From Lepidodermella squamata (Eukaryota; Animalia; Gastrotricha): a stretch of 64,000 nt of DNA. Where the stretch lies: positions 434,001-498,000 of the forward strand of contig JBLDXI010000055.1 in the NCBI GenBank assembly GCA_047495785.1, written 5' to 3'. This document shows, piece by piece, positions 9,190 through 21,510 of the stretch (position 1 is the stretch's first letter; each line of letters begins with the position of its first letter). Made by a program: the position numbers and the translations under genes. The notes below the pieces were generated by a model. It was not told the origin of the DNA, made no database searches, and saw nothing but the letters and a program-made list of their open reading frames with translations.

Positions 9190-11583
9190 CTAGCGAATGG
9201 GCATGAAAATGATGGTGCACATCGTGGCAGAATAGAAAAGCTCTCCAAAAGCTAACACAGCGTTGCCAGCGCAAGAAGACTTAGAATCCCCAACAACTAA
9301 TATGATAAGAACGATTGCAGTCATGACGGCCAATCCATTGGCCGCAGCTATTCGAAGCAATTTACTGCTGCGCTGTAATGTCTCAGGCATTTGGCGCTTT
9401 CCAAGAATCAACGATAGGAAATTGGCCATCAGAAGAAGCGCAAAATGATAGATTAGTAGAGCTCCAATCCAGTACACCGCAGTGTCTGACCAACAAAGCG
9501 ATATCATTACATCAAAATAGGAATCCGCAGCTTCATCGAACGTGACTTCCGTTGGGCTGTAACGCACCGACATAGGATCGAATCCAAGCCAAAATATCAG
9601 CAAGTAGAAACTCAGTTGTAGCGTAACCAGTATGATGACGGCTATTTGATGAGAATTTTCACCTTTGTGGCTCAATATTGCAAGTTTCTGGTTCACTTTC
9701 GTCGACATTGTACTGGGCGACCTGATGATTGAGAGCTTAGTCTTCAAAGGCTCTTCACTGGAATCGCTTGTCCGAGCAACATCGAGAGAAATGTTTGAAT
9801 CTAGGGTATCTTTGCTGAGTAAGGGCGGGTTACTTACTGGAACTGCGGCCGCTGCAGGATGCACTTTGATCAAATTTCCAAACTTGACCAACTTCGAGTA
9901 AGCGAAGATTTGGGCAAAGATAACAGAGTGAAGCAACGTCAGTCCTACTACCATCAAAGCAGGTCTCATGCGACACTCAGCGAAAGGGAAGCTGTCTACA
10001 CCGGTGGTCAGAACTACAGCCGACGCATTAAGTATCAGGAATGACAGGAAAACTATGCTCCTCTTGAAAAAGCCGAAAAATACGTCAGATTTTTTCCTTA
10101 AGCTGATTCCAAACAATACGAATTGCCCAATTGTGACAAGGGCCGCTATTGTCGCTACAGAATTTCGTATACCTGGACCGCACTCTGATTTGCGATGCTC
10201 TACTAGCGATAGGTCTTTCGGCGGTCGGCCTGTCTTCGTTGGCCAAACGGGAGGGTTGAGTAGGATAAACTTGAATTGAGGCCCTGACGATGAATCCGTT
10301 GCATTTCCGTTGATGACCAGCTGAGCTATTGTAGCCGATTGCCCATTCAAAGCCTGTAAAACTACAAGATCCTCGTTGATTTCCGCCTGGTTGTCAGTCT
10401 TTACGTTGCCGATCCTAAGGCCGTTGAAATTCATCCTTAATGCCGTTGAATTCACGACTCGATATACCGTGTCCGGGTTCTGCTTGAAGTCCCGTAAAGT
10501 TAGATTATAAGACGATTTCAGGACAGCTTCAGAGCTGTTCAAGGTCAGAATAGTTGCAAGCATAGCGTCATGGCATGATAACCGGAGAGCATAATCCAGC
10601 ATAGGTCCTGAGTAGTTTGAAAGGGTCAAGCTCAGCCGTTTATCAAACTCTTTTCCGTCGTAGCCGAGACTGCTCAGTCCAACTGGTTTTATAGGAGCAG
10701 TTGGTGCCCCTACGAAAAAGGTCGCCGCCATTTGTGAATTAATCATAAATTGGGCACAGTTGTCTGGCAGAGCATTTTTCTGGTCGAGAGATACCCCTAA
10801 GCAACCAGTTCCCCACATGACAAAGGCGTATAGTGGTGGCTTTATCCCGTTTTGATAGGCCATACACCAGAACTGGCGGCAATCGAGAGCTCCTGGAACC
10901 ACAACTGCTATCACTCGAACACTTTTGAGTGAAGCTATGTCCTCAGGCGTGATACTCGCCATTGTGTAGACACTGACGTATTGGGCAACGATGATTCCGT
11001 TTGAGGATAACAATGAATGGAGAGCTTGGGCAGATACATGGGCGTTACGATTGTTCCAGGTAGAGAAGATTCCAACCCTAGACCACTTGCCTATCTGGCG
11101 AATCGTCTCCAGCGCTGGATAGATGGTTCGGACAATCGGTGTCTGAACTGTGTACAGATTGTTGTACAACGAACTTCTTCTGGAGGTAATATAAGCTCCG
11201 TTACAGCTCTGCGACATTTGAACGAAGCCTAGTGCCCGCATTGTCATCGCAGCTTCATTGCAGGCGCCATCAGGTCCAGTCACAATTGGTGCCATGAAAG
11301 TGTTTGCCGGCAACTCCTTTTCGAAGAACTCAGCCGCGCGTTTGTTTTGAAGTTCTGATGTCAATAGAATGTCTTGAACGTTCATTACGAGTTCGTAATC
11401 AGTCAACAGGTCCGATCTTTCGTTCGTGACTTCCGCCAAGGTGTGAAATGTTGCGTTGCATGCGATGTATATTGAGGTCTGCAGAAGAGCTGGCACCACT
11501 AGTTTGAATTTCTTCCCCTCGTTTGGCTTACTAGCAATCGCGATAACCGCAGTAAGCAATGGGATGAAAGCTCGTTTCATCAT
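9190..11583 (-). CDS. Class C GPCR, GABA-B-like, single exon; paralog of 2205-4679
   Basis: Signal peptide MMKRAFIPLLTAVIAIA. Shares CHDAM, YN.TL.DF, F.GLR.G, W.T..G.PP.DLS and F.E..DS..D motifs with the first GPCR. 7 TM segments and almost no C-terminal tail. Confidence 0.85.
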   Translation of the reverse strand: MMKRAFIPLLTAVIAIASKPNEGKKFKLVVPALLQTSIYIACNATFHTLAEVTNERSDLLTDYELVMNVQDILLTSELQNKRAAEFFEKELPANTFMAPIVTGPDGACNEAAMTMRALGFVQMSQSCNGAYITSRRSSLYNNLYTVQTPIVRTIYPALETIRQIGKWSRVGIFSTWNNRNAHVSAQALHSLLSSNGIIVAQYVSVYTMASITPEDIASLKSVRVIAVVVPGALDCRQFWCMAYQNGIKPPLYAFVMWGTGCLGVSLDQKNALPDNCAQFMINSQMAATFFVGAPTAPIKPVGLSSLGYDGKEFDKRLSLTLSNYSGPMLDYALRLSCHDAMLATILTLNSSEAVLKSSYNLTLRDFKQNPDTVYRVVNSTALRMNFNGLRIGNVKTDNQAEINEDLVVLQALNGQSATIAQLVINGNATDSSSGPQFKFILLNPPVWPTKTGRPPKDLSLVEHRKSECGPGIRNSVATIAALVTIGQFVLFGISLRKKSDVFFGFFKRSIVFLSFLILNASAVVLTTGVDSFPFAECRMRPALMVVGLTLLHSVIFAQIFAYSKLVKFGNLIKVHPAAAAVPVSNPPLLSKDTLDSNISLDVARTSDSSEEPLKTKLSIIRSPSTMSTKVNQKLAILSHKGENSHQIAVIILVTLQLSFYLLIFWLGFDPMSVRYSPTEVTFDEAADSYFDVMISLCWSDTAVYWIGALLIYHFALLLMANFLSLILGKRQMPETLQRSSKLLRIAAANGLAVMTAIVLIILVVGDSKSSCAGNAVLAFGELFYSATMCTIIFMPIR

Positions 11584-12337
11584 GAATTCGAACCTTTGAG
11601 TTAAATGTCTCAGGTAAAATTTGAGTGCCTCCGTGAGAGTGGCTTTTACTAGATTAATCAACTAAAAGTAAATTTGCTCAGATTTCAAACTATATATTTT
11701 TTGTACAATGTGAGCAGTTCCACGCATAACCCGTTAACCAATGAGCTTTTAAAGTGCCCGCCCCTCGAAAGTGCGTCTGATTTTAGTAAGAACTTTTAAT
11801 TGGCAGTGGGCATTTTCCATGATTAAAAAGCGCCTTTTCTATACTATCAGCACTTGGACAAATATTATATCAGCCTCATCTCCCAATTATGATAACAGCG
11901 CCATCCACAACTACTTATGGACACAGGGATAAAGGTTCGAATTTCGTGGAACTACGGCGGAGAATGCGCAACTTGGAGTTTCACAGCTAAGAATTTTTCA
12001 AACGCAGTTCCTTTGAATTATTTGAATTGATATGTTATCTGAAGACAATAGGAAGAGAATTCCTCCTATAGCACTGATATATGCCTGGCTGCGGCTCCGA
12101 TTATTTCGTCCAATTCACTAAATGAGAGACTCTGAAGTAGTTCGGAAACTACGCCAATTTAATCCTATCACTGTTTGTCACCTTGAAATTTCCTGACACT
12201 GTAATTTCTTCTTAAATAAAAAAAACTACACTATATTTTTTGGTACACGAGATGAACATTCACAAGTGATTTTTGTATGGTTTACTTTGTATAAAAAGTA
12301 TTAGATCAGTCCAATTTAAAAATAATAACGACTCTAT

Positions 12338-14780
12338 TTAGCTCATATCAGTATCTTCATTTTCAGGAAGCTCTTCAATAGGGTAGCTTCCACCAGTAAT
12401 TTTGACGCTTCCGCGCCGTGCTGCGTGCTTTGAATTTTCCTCTATCACTGGCGCAAGCCTTCTCATCTGTGGCGGTCGCCTTCGATTGAGATTCGATATT
12501 ACTATTTTGCTCAAGTCACGACCAAGCCGTTTGTTATGAGCTGCAAAAAGTGGTTTAGGCTGAGTTATGATGGCGCTCTCCGCGTTGATTGATATCGCGC
12601 GTTGCACAATCTCTGGCAGCGGAGCAGGAGGAAGGCCTGTACATTGGGATTGAAACATTTCGAAACATGGTACAATAATTACAAGACAATATACCTAACG
12701 ACTGCCGTCTGTGATCAATGTTCTCTCCAACTAGAGCGGCAAGTCGGCCAATAATCATAGTTCGACCCGCATTTATTATAGCTGCATCTTCTTTTCTCTT
12801 CTCGGGGGGTCTTTCGGCTTCCTGCCCGTAACTTTCTCTCAAGGCAGCAACTCGCCTTGCTTTCCTTCGCCTTAAAAATCCGCGCAGCCGTCGGTAAAAT
12901 TTGACAATAACGTATTCAATCATTTCAAAGCCCGTAAGAACTGAAAATCCGCAGAAGAGATTGAACTGTCCACCCATGTCAGCTATGATAAAAGCAAAAT
13001 CTTAGGCAAAACAATAGAAAGCACGCTTTTGTTACCTAGGAAAGACCCATAAGGATAGGCTTCGGAAGACGAACGGGTAACGAACAAGAATTCATCAAAG
13101 TAGACAACGACGTGAAGCCAGTTTTTCCGTAAATCATCCATTGTGATGTTGCTTCGACTGGAGTTGCCTCCGAACAAACTCATGCTAAGCTTTTCCACGG
13201 CAGCCGAACTAGGCAATTGAGCATAGGTCGCTTGAAAGTTGTACTCCTCTGTGGTGCAGGCTGGTATACATTGGCTAACACAATTGGCCCGATCAGCTTC
13301 ATCTGAAGTTGCAATTTTATAATCTTGAATTGTTATATTGCAAAAATTTCATACCTATTTCCCATGATTGGCAGTAAGTTGTTCTTGCTACAGCGCAAAC
13401 TTTTTCCTCTGGATAACCCCGAATAAACCAAGGTTTGCAGCCACACTGTTCAACATGAACTCGAGCTTCGCACATGGCCTGGCAACCCTTAACGGTGTAA
13501 CGATCGAACGGAGGCGGCATATTCCCATTACCAGAATCACATTCCATCCACGGTTTGTTGTTTATAGCAGCCATCTGGATGAATACATTTCTTGAAAGAT
13601 TGAATTTCAAGAATTTCTTTTTATACCGTCGTCAAGCGAACTGGAACAAAAGCGGTGTATCCAGGCATAGCGGACACGCCGATGTTCGCATCAGGTGGTT
13701 CGTATGGCGGCTGGACAATGACTTTAATTCCAGCTTCAGTTTCATAGTCCCCCAGTAAGGAATAGGGAGTGTAATCGTCCTGTTCGACGTTAATAAACAA
13801 TGATAGGCCGCCATCGCTGCCTGGGATAGTTTGCACTGGGCTTGTGTCATTCGGAAACGTCCTGAAGGTGTAGCATCGACCACTTCGAGTGTATGAAACT
13901 TCAAAGTCCTGATATAAAATTATATAAAAAATTGAGGTAAATAAAGCAGCCGAGTCTTTACCTTAGCCTTGCATTCTTCCCCAGCAAATGAGCATAAGAG
14001 AATATCATCCGTTAGCTGCCAACTTTTCTTGTCGAGCCATCTATCCGTTCTGAAATCCTTTTCTATGCAAAAAAATGTCTTTTAAGAATCAACATCCAAA
14101 AGCATGATTGCTCGCCTTACGCCCAAATAATTTGATCAATTCTTGTTCCTTCACGTCGTATTTAGTGAGGAGTTCTGCTAGCTTCCCTCGCAAGCTTGGC
14201 GAATCCTTATACTCGGCTGAAATAGCTCTAATTTCTCTCACCAGATCGTAGGACACGTTGTTGAAAAGAGCGCGATCAAAATCGTCCAAAGCTCTTGCTG
14301 AAAATGAGTTCAAATTGCAGATCGTGACCTAGAAAAAACAGCTTTTAGGGTAAACAGCCAAAAGATGGTTGATAATTTACGGCTGGGAATTCCATTTTGG
14401 TTGTATAAGTTATTGCAACATCCGTTTTCAGTTCAAACTTCAAAAACATCTTAAATCGTTCGCTGAAATAAAGTTATTTACAATTGACGCGAACAATTCC
14501 TTTCGAACTTACGTGGCCTGCCAGAGGCAAACAGCGACGACCAGCATGACGATACAGACCTTCAAAAAGAGCTTATTCAAAAACTTTAGCTGCATAAAGT
14601 TACCATACCCAAATCGATCGACGTACAACGCCGCCGATTAGGTACATTCTAGCCATTCCATGACACTAAAAAAGGCAAATTTTGAAATAATTTTTCGAGG
14701 TCAATTTGATTAAACTAACCGTCGTTGCATTCGCCATCTCAATATCGGTTTCATCTATGCAACGTGTCCAATCCAACTTT
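12338..14780 (-). CDS. DEG/ENaC (ASIC/degenerin family) channel subunit 1, about 11 exons
   Basis: Pre-TM1 HG motif (ATTCHGMARM), FP.VTICNLN, GRCYTF, GIKVIVQ, CQAMC...CGC thumb cysteines, and TM2 FLADMGGQFNLFCGFS, all joined over about 50-60 nt GT-AG introns. Confidence 0.9.
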
Positions 14781-15028
14781 TTCATAAAATTGTTGCCCAT
14801 TTTTAAGCTGAATTAAATGACGGCCTTATATCCAATGCAATGTATGGGATGGCTCATCCCCTTAATAGCTCTAAAATTGAAACCATTTACTACAACAGTA
14901 TAGCACATTTGAGCTGTTAATTAATTAGTCACTATTGTTGTAACTAATTCACAAGGCACATTGCACTTATCCATTATATATAGTACGGTAGTCCACGCGA
15001 GTTATGTAAAGGACGAAATTATTCAGGA

Positions 15029-17393
15029 TTACTCAGCAGTACTTGACCGGTAATTTGCGGATGATGCTGAATCTACCGAACCGCGCCTCTCAGAATTGCC
15101 GGAACCCTCTTCAGAGGAATCGTGAGCCTGATTCTCCTCTACCGTAGCCATGGACATATGATGACTAGCGCGGCTTCGTTCGATTCCGCCAACTAAATGC
15201 CTACCCAATGTTCGGCCTATGCGGTGGCTAGCTGGCGACATCGGCTGACTAGTGACGACCCTATCCTCATCTTCAACAAAGGTCGGCAGGATAAGATGAG
15301 GCTGCTGATTCTCTGAGGCTGCAGACAGGGTGTGGCGGACGATTTGAGGAAGCGGCTCAGCAGATCGCCAGCCTATTTCTTGGCTCTCATTCTGAATATT
15401 CTCTCCAACAATAGCAGCCAGCCGGTCGAGGGGTGAGTTTTTCTCGGCCTTGGCTAGAGCTGATTTTCTCAGCTGAAGATGCTTCATCGTCAAAGCTTGC
15501 CCGGCAACGCCGACATACGACTTGTTTTTATCGCCTTTACGAAGGACAACACGAGATTTCCGCCAGAATTTGATGATCAAATATTCGATAAGTTCGCAAT
15601 AGGTTAAAATTGAAAACCCGGCGAAAAGATTAAACTGCCCAGCTATATCGGCTAGAAACGAGTAAACGTCTTGCGCCTCAGCGGAATCTTCCTGCATGTA
15701 GAGAATTTCATCGAAATAGACATAAATGCTGAGCCAGTTTCGTCGAAAATTTTCGTAAGTGACAGATTCCGCCACTTTGCTGTCGTTATACAGCACAGAT
15801 TTTATCTCATCGAATGCGACTCGACTTGGGTATTTGGCATAGGTTGCTGTCATTCGGTAAATTCGAGTATCGCAACCTTCTTGGCAACTCTCAACGCATT
15901 TGCTTCGATCATCCTCATCTAAAAATTCAAAATTGCCAAAATAAATTTGGAAATATTGACCCCCTTACCTATCACCCAAGATAGACAAAATGTAGTTCGA
16001 GCCACCCCGCAGAGAGGATTGCTTTCGTTGTAGGATCCAAGGAACCAAGGACTACAACCGCACTGCTCTTGGTACACCGCAGCTTCGCATAGGACTAAAC
16101 AGCTCCTAACGTCGTAAGGTTTGTAAGGATCTGGCAGGTCTACTTCTCCACTTCCACATTGATTCCAAGGCTCTTTATCAATAGTAGTGAGCTATTGTAA
16201 TTTTGAAAATTTGCTTTACAATACTTTCATGTTACAAACGTGCTTACTCGGGTGTGTTGGACTGGAAAATAAGCAGCGTAGCCAGGCATAACCAGGCTGG
16301 CCACGTTTGAATCAGGCGGTTCGCTGATAGGCTGAGCTATCACTTTGATGCCAGCGTCCATTTGATAGTTGCCGAACAAATTGTAAGGCGTATAGTCATC
16401 TTGCTCAATGTTCACGGACATCTCCAGCCCGCCCTCGATTCCGGGGATCGTCTGCACGAAAGACTCGTTTTTAAACCCTCGGAAGGTGTAACATTTCCCA
16501 GCTCGTGTTGATGTAACGTCGAAATCGCTAGCAGTGCACCGCCGTCCAGCGAAGGAACAGCGCAGATTGTCATCGGTTAACTGCCAGCTATTCTCATCGA
16601 GCCATTTATCGGTCCGGAAATCTTTCACTGAAAATTTTAATTTTAAATCTAAGCTCGTTATAGTAAGGTCGAACTTACCTCCATATTTTGATAGAATTTG
16701 CTGTTCTCTCTCGACATAAGTCGCTAAAATTGAGGATAGCGCTTCTCGATAAGCTGAGGAAGTTGTATTTCGAAATCGGGAAGCCATGCTTCGAACCTCC
16801 TGGTTTAGACTGTAAGAAACGTTTTCGAACAAGAGCTTGTCAAGTTCATTCAGCCGACGCGCTGAGAATGAATTCAAGTTGCAAATGGTTATCTATTAAA
16901 ACGAATAGCTGAATAGTGAAAATTGAATTCCCTCATAATTACCACAGGAAATTCAATTGAATTCGGATATTGAATTGCAATACTGCTCTTCAGGCCATAA
17001 GTTAAGAAGGCCTGAATACGAATTCTGCGGAAATTAGGTATAAAATTTCGCTCCAAAATTTGCTTATTGAACCTACGCGACTTGCCAGATGCAAATAGCT
17101 AGACAAAATGTTGTAAGAAAAACCTAGGATACAACGATTAATGTTGATCGCGTCATGTTAAATAGGATCCTTACCCATATTGTACGCCGAACTACACCGC
17201 CGACGAGGTACATCCTGGCCATGCCATGGCACTGCAATTCATTTTATTAATTAAGTACTATAATGCCAACTTTGGTCTAACTTACCGTGACGATGTTGGC
17301 TATTTCGATATCCGTTTCGTCGATGCATGGCGTCCAGTCCAAGGGTTTGAAGCACCGCTTGACCTTTCGCCAAGACTCGCTGAAAAATCTCAT
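15029..17393 (-). CDS. DEG/ENaC channel subunit 2, tandem paralog, about 8 exons
   Basis: MRFFSESW...LDWTPCIDETDIEIANIVT|CHGMARMYLVGGVVRR; ITICNLNSFS; GKCYTF; GIKVIAQ; TM2 FLADIAGQFNLFAGFS. Confidence 0.9.
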
Positions 17394-20300
17394 GTAAAAG
17401 CCCCTAAATCATTAGCTATCGCAGGACATTAGCCTAGAAATAAGAAGCGGCTCTACCACGATACATTGCAATCAGAGTGCTAGGTAGCTATGAGAGCAGC
17501 AATGTCAACTGCGATGCTCACTTGCCAGGCCTCTAAATAATAGGATTTACCTCCCTCAATGCAGCAGCAAACATTACCCAAATACTCTCTAGTAGTCAGA
17601 GCTTTACGAGCAATTATTATACTCCGTAGTCTAAGCGCATGGTCACGCTTCGGTAATCCAGCTCGTAATAAAAAAAAGGTGCTAGCTAATAGTAAAACGT
17701 CTTCGTTTAAACACTACTGAGGGTTTTGCGTGAATAATATAAAGGCACAAAGGCCACCAGGAATACCAACAATAACAAACAACATTACTTATATTATACT
17801 TATATTTTATAAATTTTTAATGAGTTGATTTCATGCCAACGACTCGAGTACACCGACAAAAATTTGAAACAGAAACTGAGTTCACAAATGCAGCTGAAAT
17901 TCCTGTGTCTTCGGATGTGATCATTCTGAAAAAATTGAAAGTCAAACATTCCCAGGTTATTTTCTCATTTTTGCGCAATCAGCGTTTCCCAAAATATGCA
18001 GCAGTTAGAAAATCGAACGCGGAACAAACACTTTAGTGCGGGCGAGGGCCTCTCGGGAGATTGACTTTCGGCATGAAAATGTATACATATATACACAGCT
18101 TGCTCTTTTTAACCCAAAATAACGTGTTGTACAATATATTTTTATAGCTTCAAGTTGTAGTTTTTCGGCATTCATATATTGCATGATAAATATAAACGAT
18201 GTAAGTACTTTTTAAAATTGTCTGAGGCACAACCGTTTTTTCGCTTCCCTAATTTTTCATTACATTTTGACAGAATTCAATTTACGAAGTAGGGACAATG
18301 ATGGTCCGTCCTATTTATGCATAAAATCCGCCCGCTATTGATAATAAAAGTTTACAAGCGTTCTACAATTTCGGTTCATCAAATTAGTTCTCGCCCGTTT
18401 TTTTTTCTTTTTTGATGTGAGCTAAAGCGATGGCGGCTGAGTACCTAGTTTTGGCTATATGGCGAGTTTTCTTTCTTTATATTGGCTGTCCCTCTTCGCG
18501 AGACCGAATCTCTCCTGTCAGAAATTAGTAATTGAAATGTCACTTTGTGAAGTGGGATTTCCGCCCCTAACAGCAGTGCGTGGCCTCAGCTTTCAGCTTT
18601 CAGTCTGCTGATGCCCCGATTTCTCGATGAGCAGCGACAAAAAAAACTGCGCTTTATGGCCAAATAATAATCCGAATATAATCCGGCAGGTGCCTATATA
18701 CTATAGTAGTGCAGCACTAAAAATATATAGCCACTATCTTCAATATATCGACTCGTAAAAAAAACTTGAAACAAAACTTTTTCTATATCATCATTTATTA
18801 ATATAATCATGTACGATTTTTTTCATGTCAAACATTTTGGCAAGGGTATGACGTTTTTATCAATGAGGATAGATCATTTTCTACCTGGAATCATGAATTT
18901 TTTATATGATTTTTCTCGATCTATGACTCGACTTGTTGAGTACTGCGCAGCTTGTTTGGCCAGCTAACAGGCCTGACCGGTAAAATAACTGAAAATGTCT
19001 CTTTTAGATCTTTAGACGATGTATTTTCATGCTATACATTTTATAATATTATCAAGTCCATTTCTTGTTTTGCCATCAATCGTGTTAAATTTTCTGCACT
19101 ACCACGCAGAAGCAATATATCGGCGAATTTCAAAAACAAATCCTGTAATCTTGTATTTTATCTGATAAAGCCGAAACATATGTCAATTGTCATATGCCAA
19201 GTGAATGATTTATATTATTGTATCAGGTGAAAAAAAATTCAGTACGCGCCTAATTAAGTCACGCCGTAATCTTACACCGAGACCTTGTTTTATGTTTTAT
19301 ATTCATGCGACTCGTTGAAAAATGTGTTCAAGCTGCGGCCAGAGAGTATGGGCGCGCGCGCGCGATGCATTGGAAAAATTATTGTCTTTAGAGCCATTAC
19401 TGAAATTGCGCAATTGCCTGTGCCAATGTGCTATTCGCCATGGTTACCGAAGCTGCAAGCTGGCAAATAAAACGCCGTCAAAAATCAATTGACGAGACAT
19501 CATCATTTTCTCGGGCCAATAACAATATCGTTATATATATGCATATATATGCGGTATTTGTATTATAGCTACTCTTTCCCGCAGCCCTGTATACCTTTGG
19601 TCCGATGCGCCGAATAAAAAGTTTGCCTTTCTGCGTTGGCGGGATAAAATGATTTTCCGGCACAACTAGTTCACGCAGAAATTCGGTAATTTTTTGCCGC
19701 TAATGGACACAGTTGAGCATTGTCATCGTGGTTCGAGTGGAATTCACTAATGCCTCTCTGATGCATGTACCTAAAGCTGTGGCTATCTAATTTTATCAAT
19801 TTATTCATTAAAACGAATGCGCGATACTTCTTTCGCCTGCCGTCTCCTAGCGGGCAGCGATAATAGACGCCGATAACGCATCGGACCAAAATACAGCCTA
19901 GCCGCTTAATGATTGTGAAAAGTGGCGTGAGGCATTGCGGCTTCTTATTTCCGAAGTGCTACTGTTATATTCATCGGGATGGGGGTATCGAATTTATAGC
20001 GGTCCCAGCTTATAATGCGCCGTGTCATATTAACTCCCGCTCTTTGCGATAGGGCGATGGCCGTCGAACCGCCGTTGTGCGCCTCCTGTGGGCTACGACA
20101 CATCACTTTTTATCATAATATATTATTTTGCCCCGTATATTACGCGCGGCTCATCGCCATCTCGGCGTAAAACGCGCGAGTACACCAGTTTTACATGAAT
20201 TCGATTTTTGCCTTTTTTAATTCGCATCCGGTATCTTTTGCGACGCCAAGCGAAAAGCTGAGTGCCAAGTAGTGCGCGAACTTAGTCCGATGCGTTCCAT

Positions 20301-21510
20301 ATATATCCATTTTATATACATGTATCTCCTGCCATGTTGTAGCGAAAGCAGCTCGCCGATGCGCGCGCGCGCGCGTTTTATAAGTCGCGGCTTTTTTTGC
20401 TCGGCTCCTCATCGCGCCAATGCAATAATAGCGCATGCGGGCGCGCGGCTCAAAAAATTGTTGCGCTTCGATTATAATAATACTGATGGCTCGAACACGA
20501 CGCGTCGCTGATAAATGCAAATGGTCTTGTCGGCTGTCCGATGATGATTATCATTTTATTGCGCGCGCGCTTGCTGTTTTTTGCACAGCTGCAAAAGTGC
20601 CATGTCGCGCGCATCTCGACGCTCGTCTCCGCCTTTTACGCTTATGCGTATATCTTTTACTAGCTGCAGCTATCTTTGAAACCGGCTAATAACAATAATC
20701 ATAATCATCATTTTTGCGGCGCTTTTACATCCAGCCCTGTCCATCTCGGCGGCGGCTTCCCTATACTCCCTGCTATCTGTCAAGATGGTTTTGCAGTACC
20801 ACTCGGATAGATTTTATAGGCGCTATCCCATTTATCCTACAATTTTCCCCCGCGCGCTTATTCTATTTTTCAATATTTGCACTTTTTACATGTGTGTTGT
20901 TTATTTGGCTAGATTTTTTCGCTGGCTGCTGGTGCTGAGTTGTTCGTCGTTTTTTTAATTAATAAAAAGCGGTATAAAACCACTTGAAAAGTGAAGAGGC
21001 GCTTTTCAACACGAGCCGCTAATAACAATAATAATTCTGGTTGGAGATTGATTTTTTTCCTCGCTCGCTCCTCACCACCGCCGCGCCACTAATTTCGTTG
21101 CTTGCTATCCACCGGCACCTAATAGCAACGAGTTTTTCTGCGGCTGCTAAACGGGAAGTCGAAAGCAATCATACTTGCGATTTGTCAAGTTGCACGCTGT
21201 CACACTGCACAGCATTTCGCCGAACTGGTTTTTGCGAGCTTTCTTTTACTGGGTGGCTATCTGCGATTACGACGGATCGCAATAACCGCAGCAGCAGCGG
21301 CTATTGAAAGCGGCCTTCTCACCGTGGTGCCCAGGACACGCGGCTCAATTCGTTGTTGAACTTCTGCAGCTCGTAGTTTCGTCAAGAGCAAGAGACGAAG
21401 TATATTAAAGCTTGATTTATAGAACCTGTCGATTTGAACGACGACAACGACGAAGGTGCTAATACACATTCAGTTACACAGCGACTCATTTTACGCCGAG
21501 ACCATCGATA

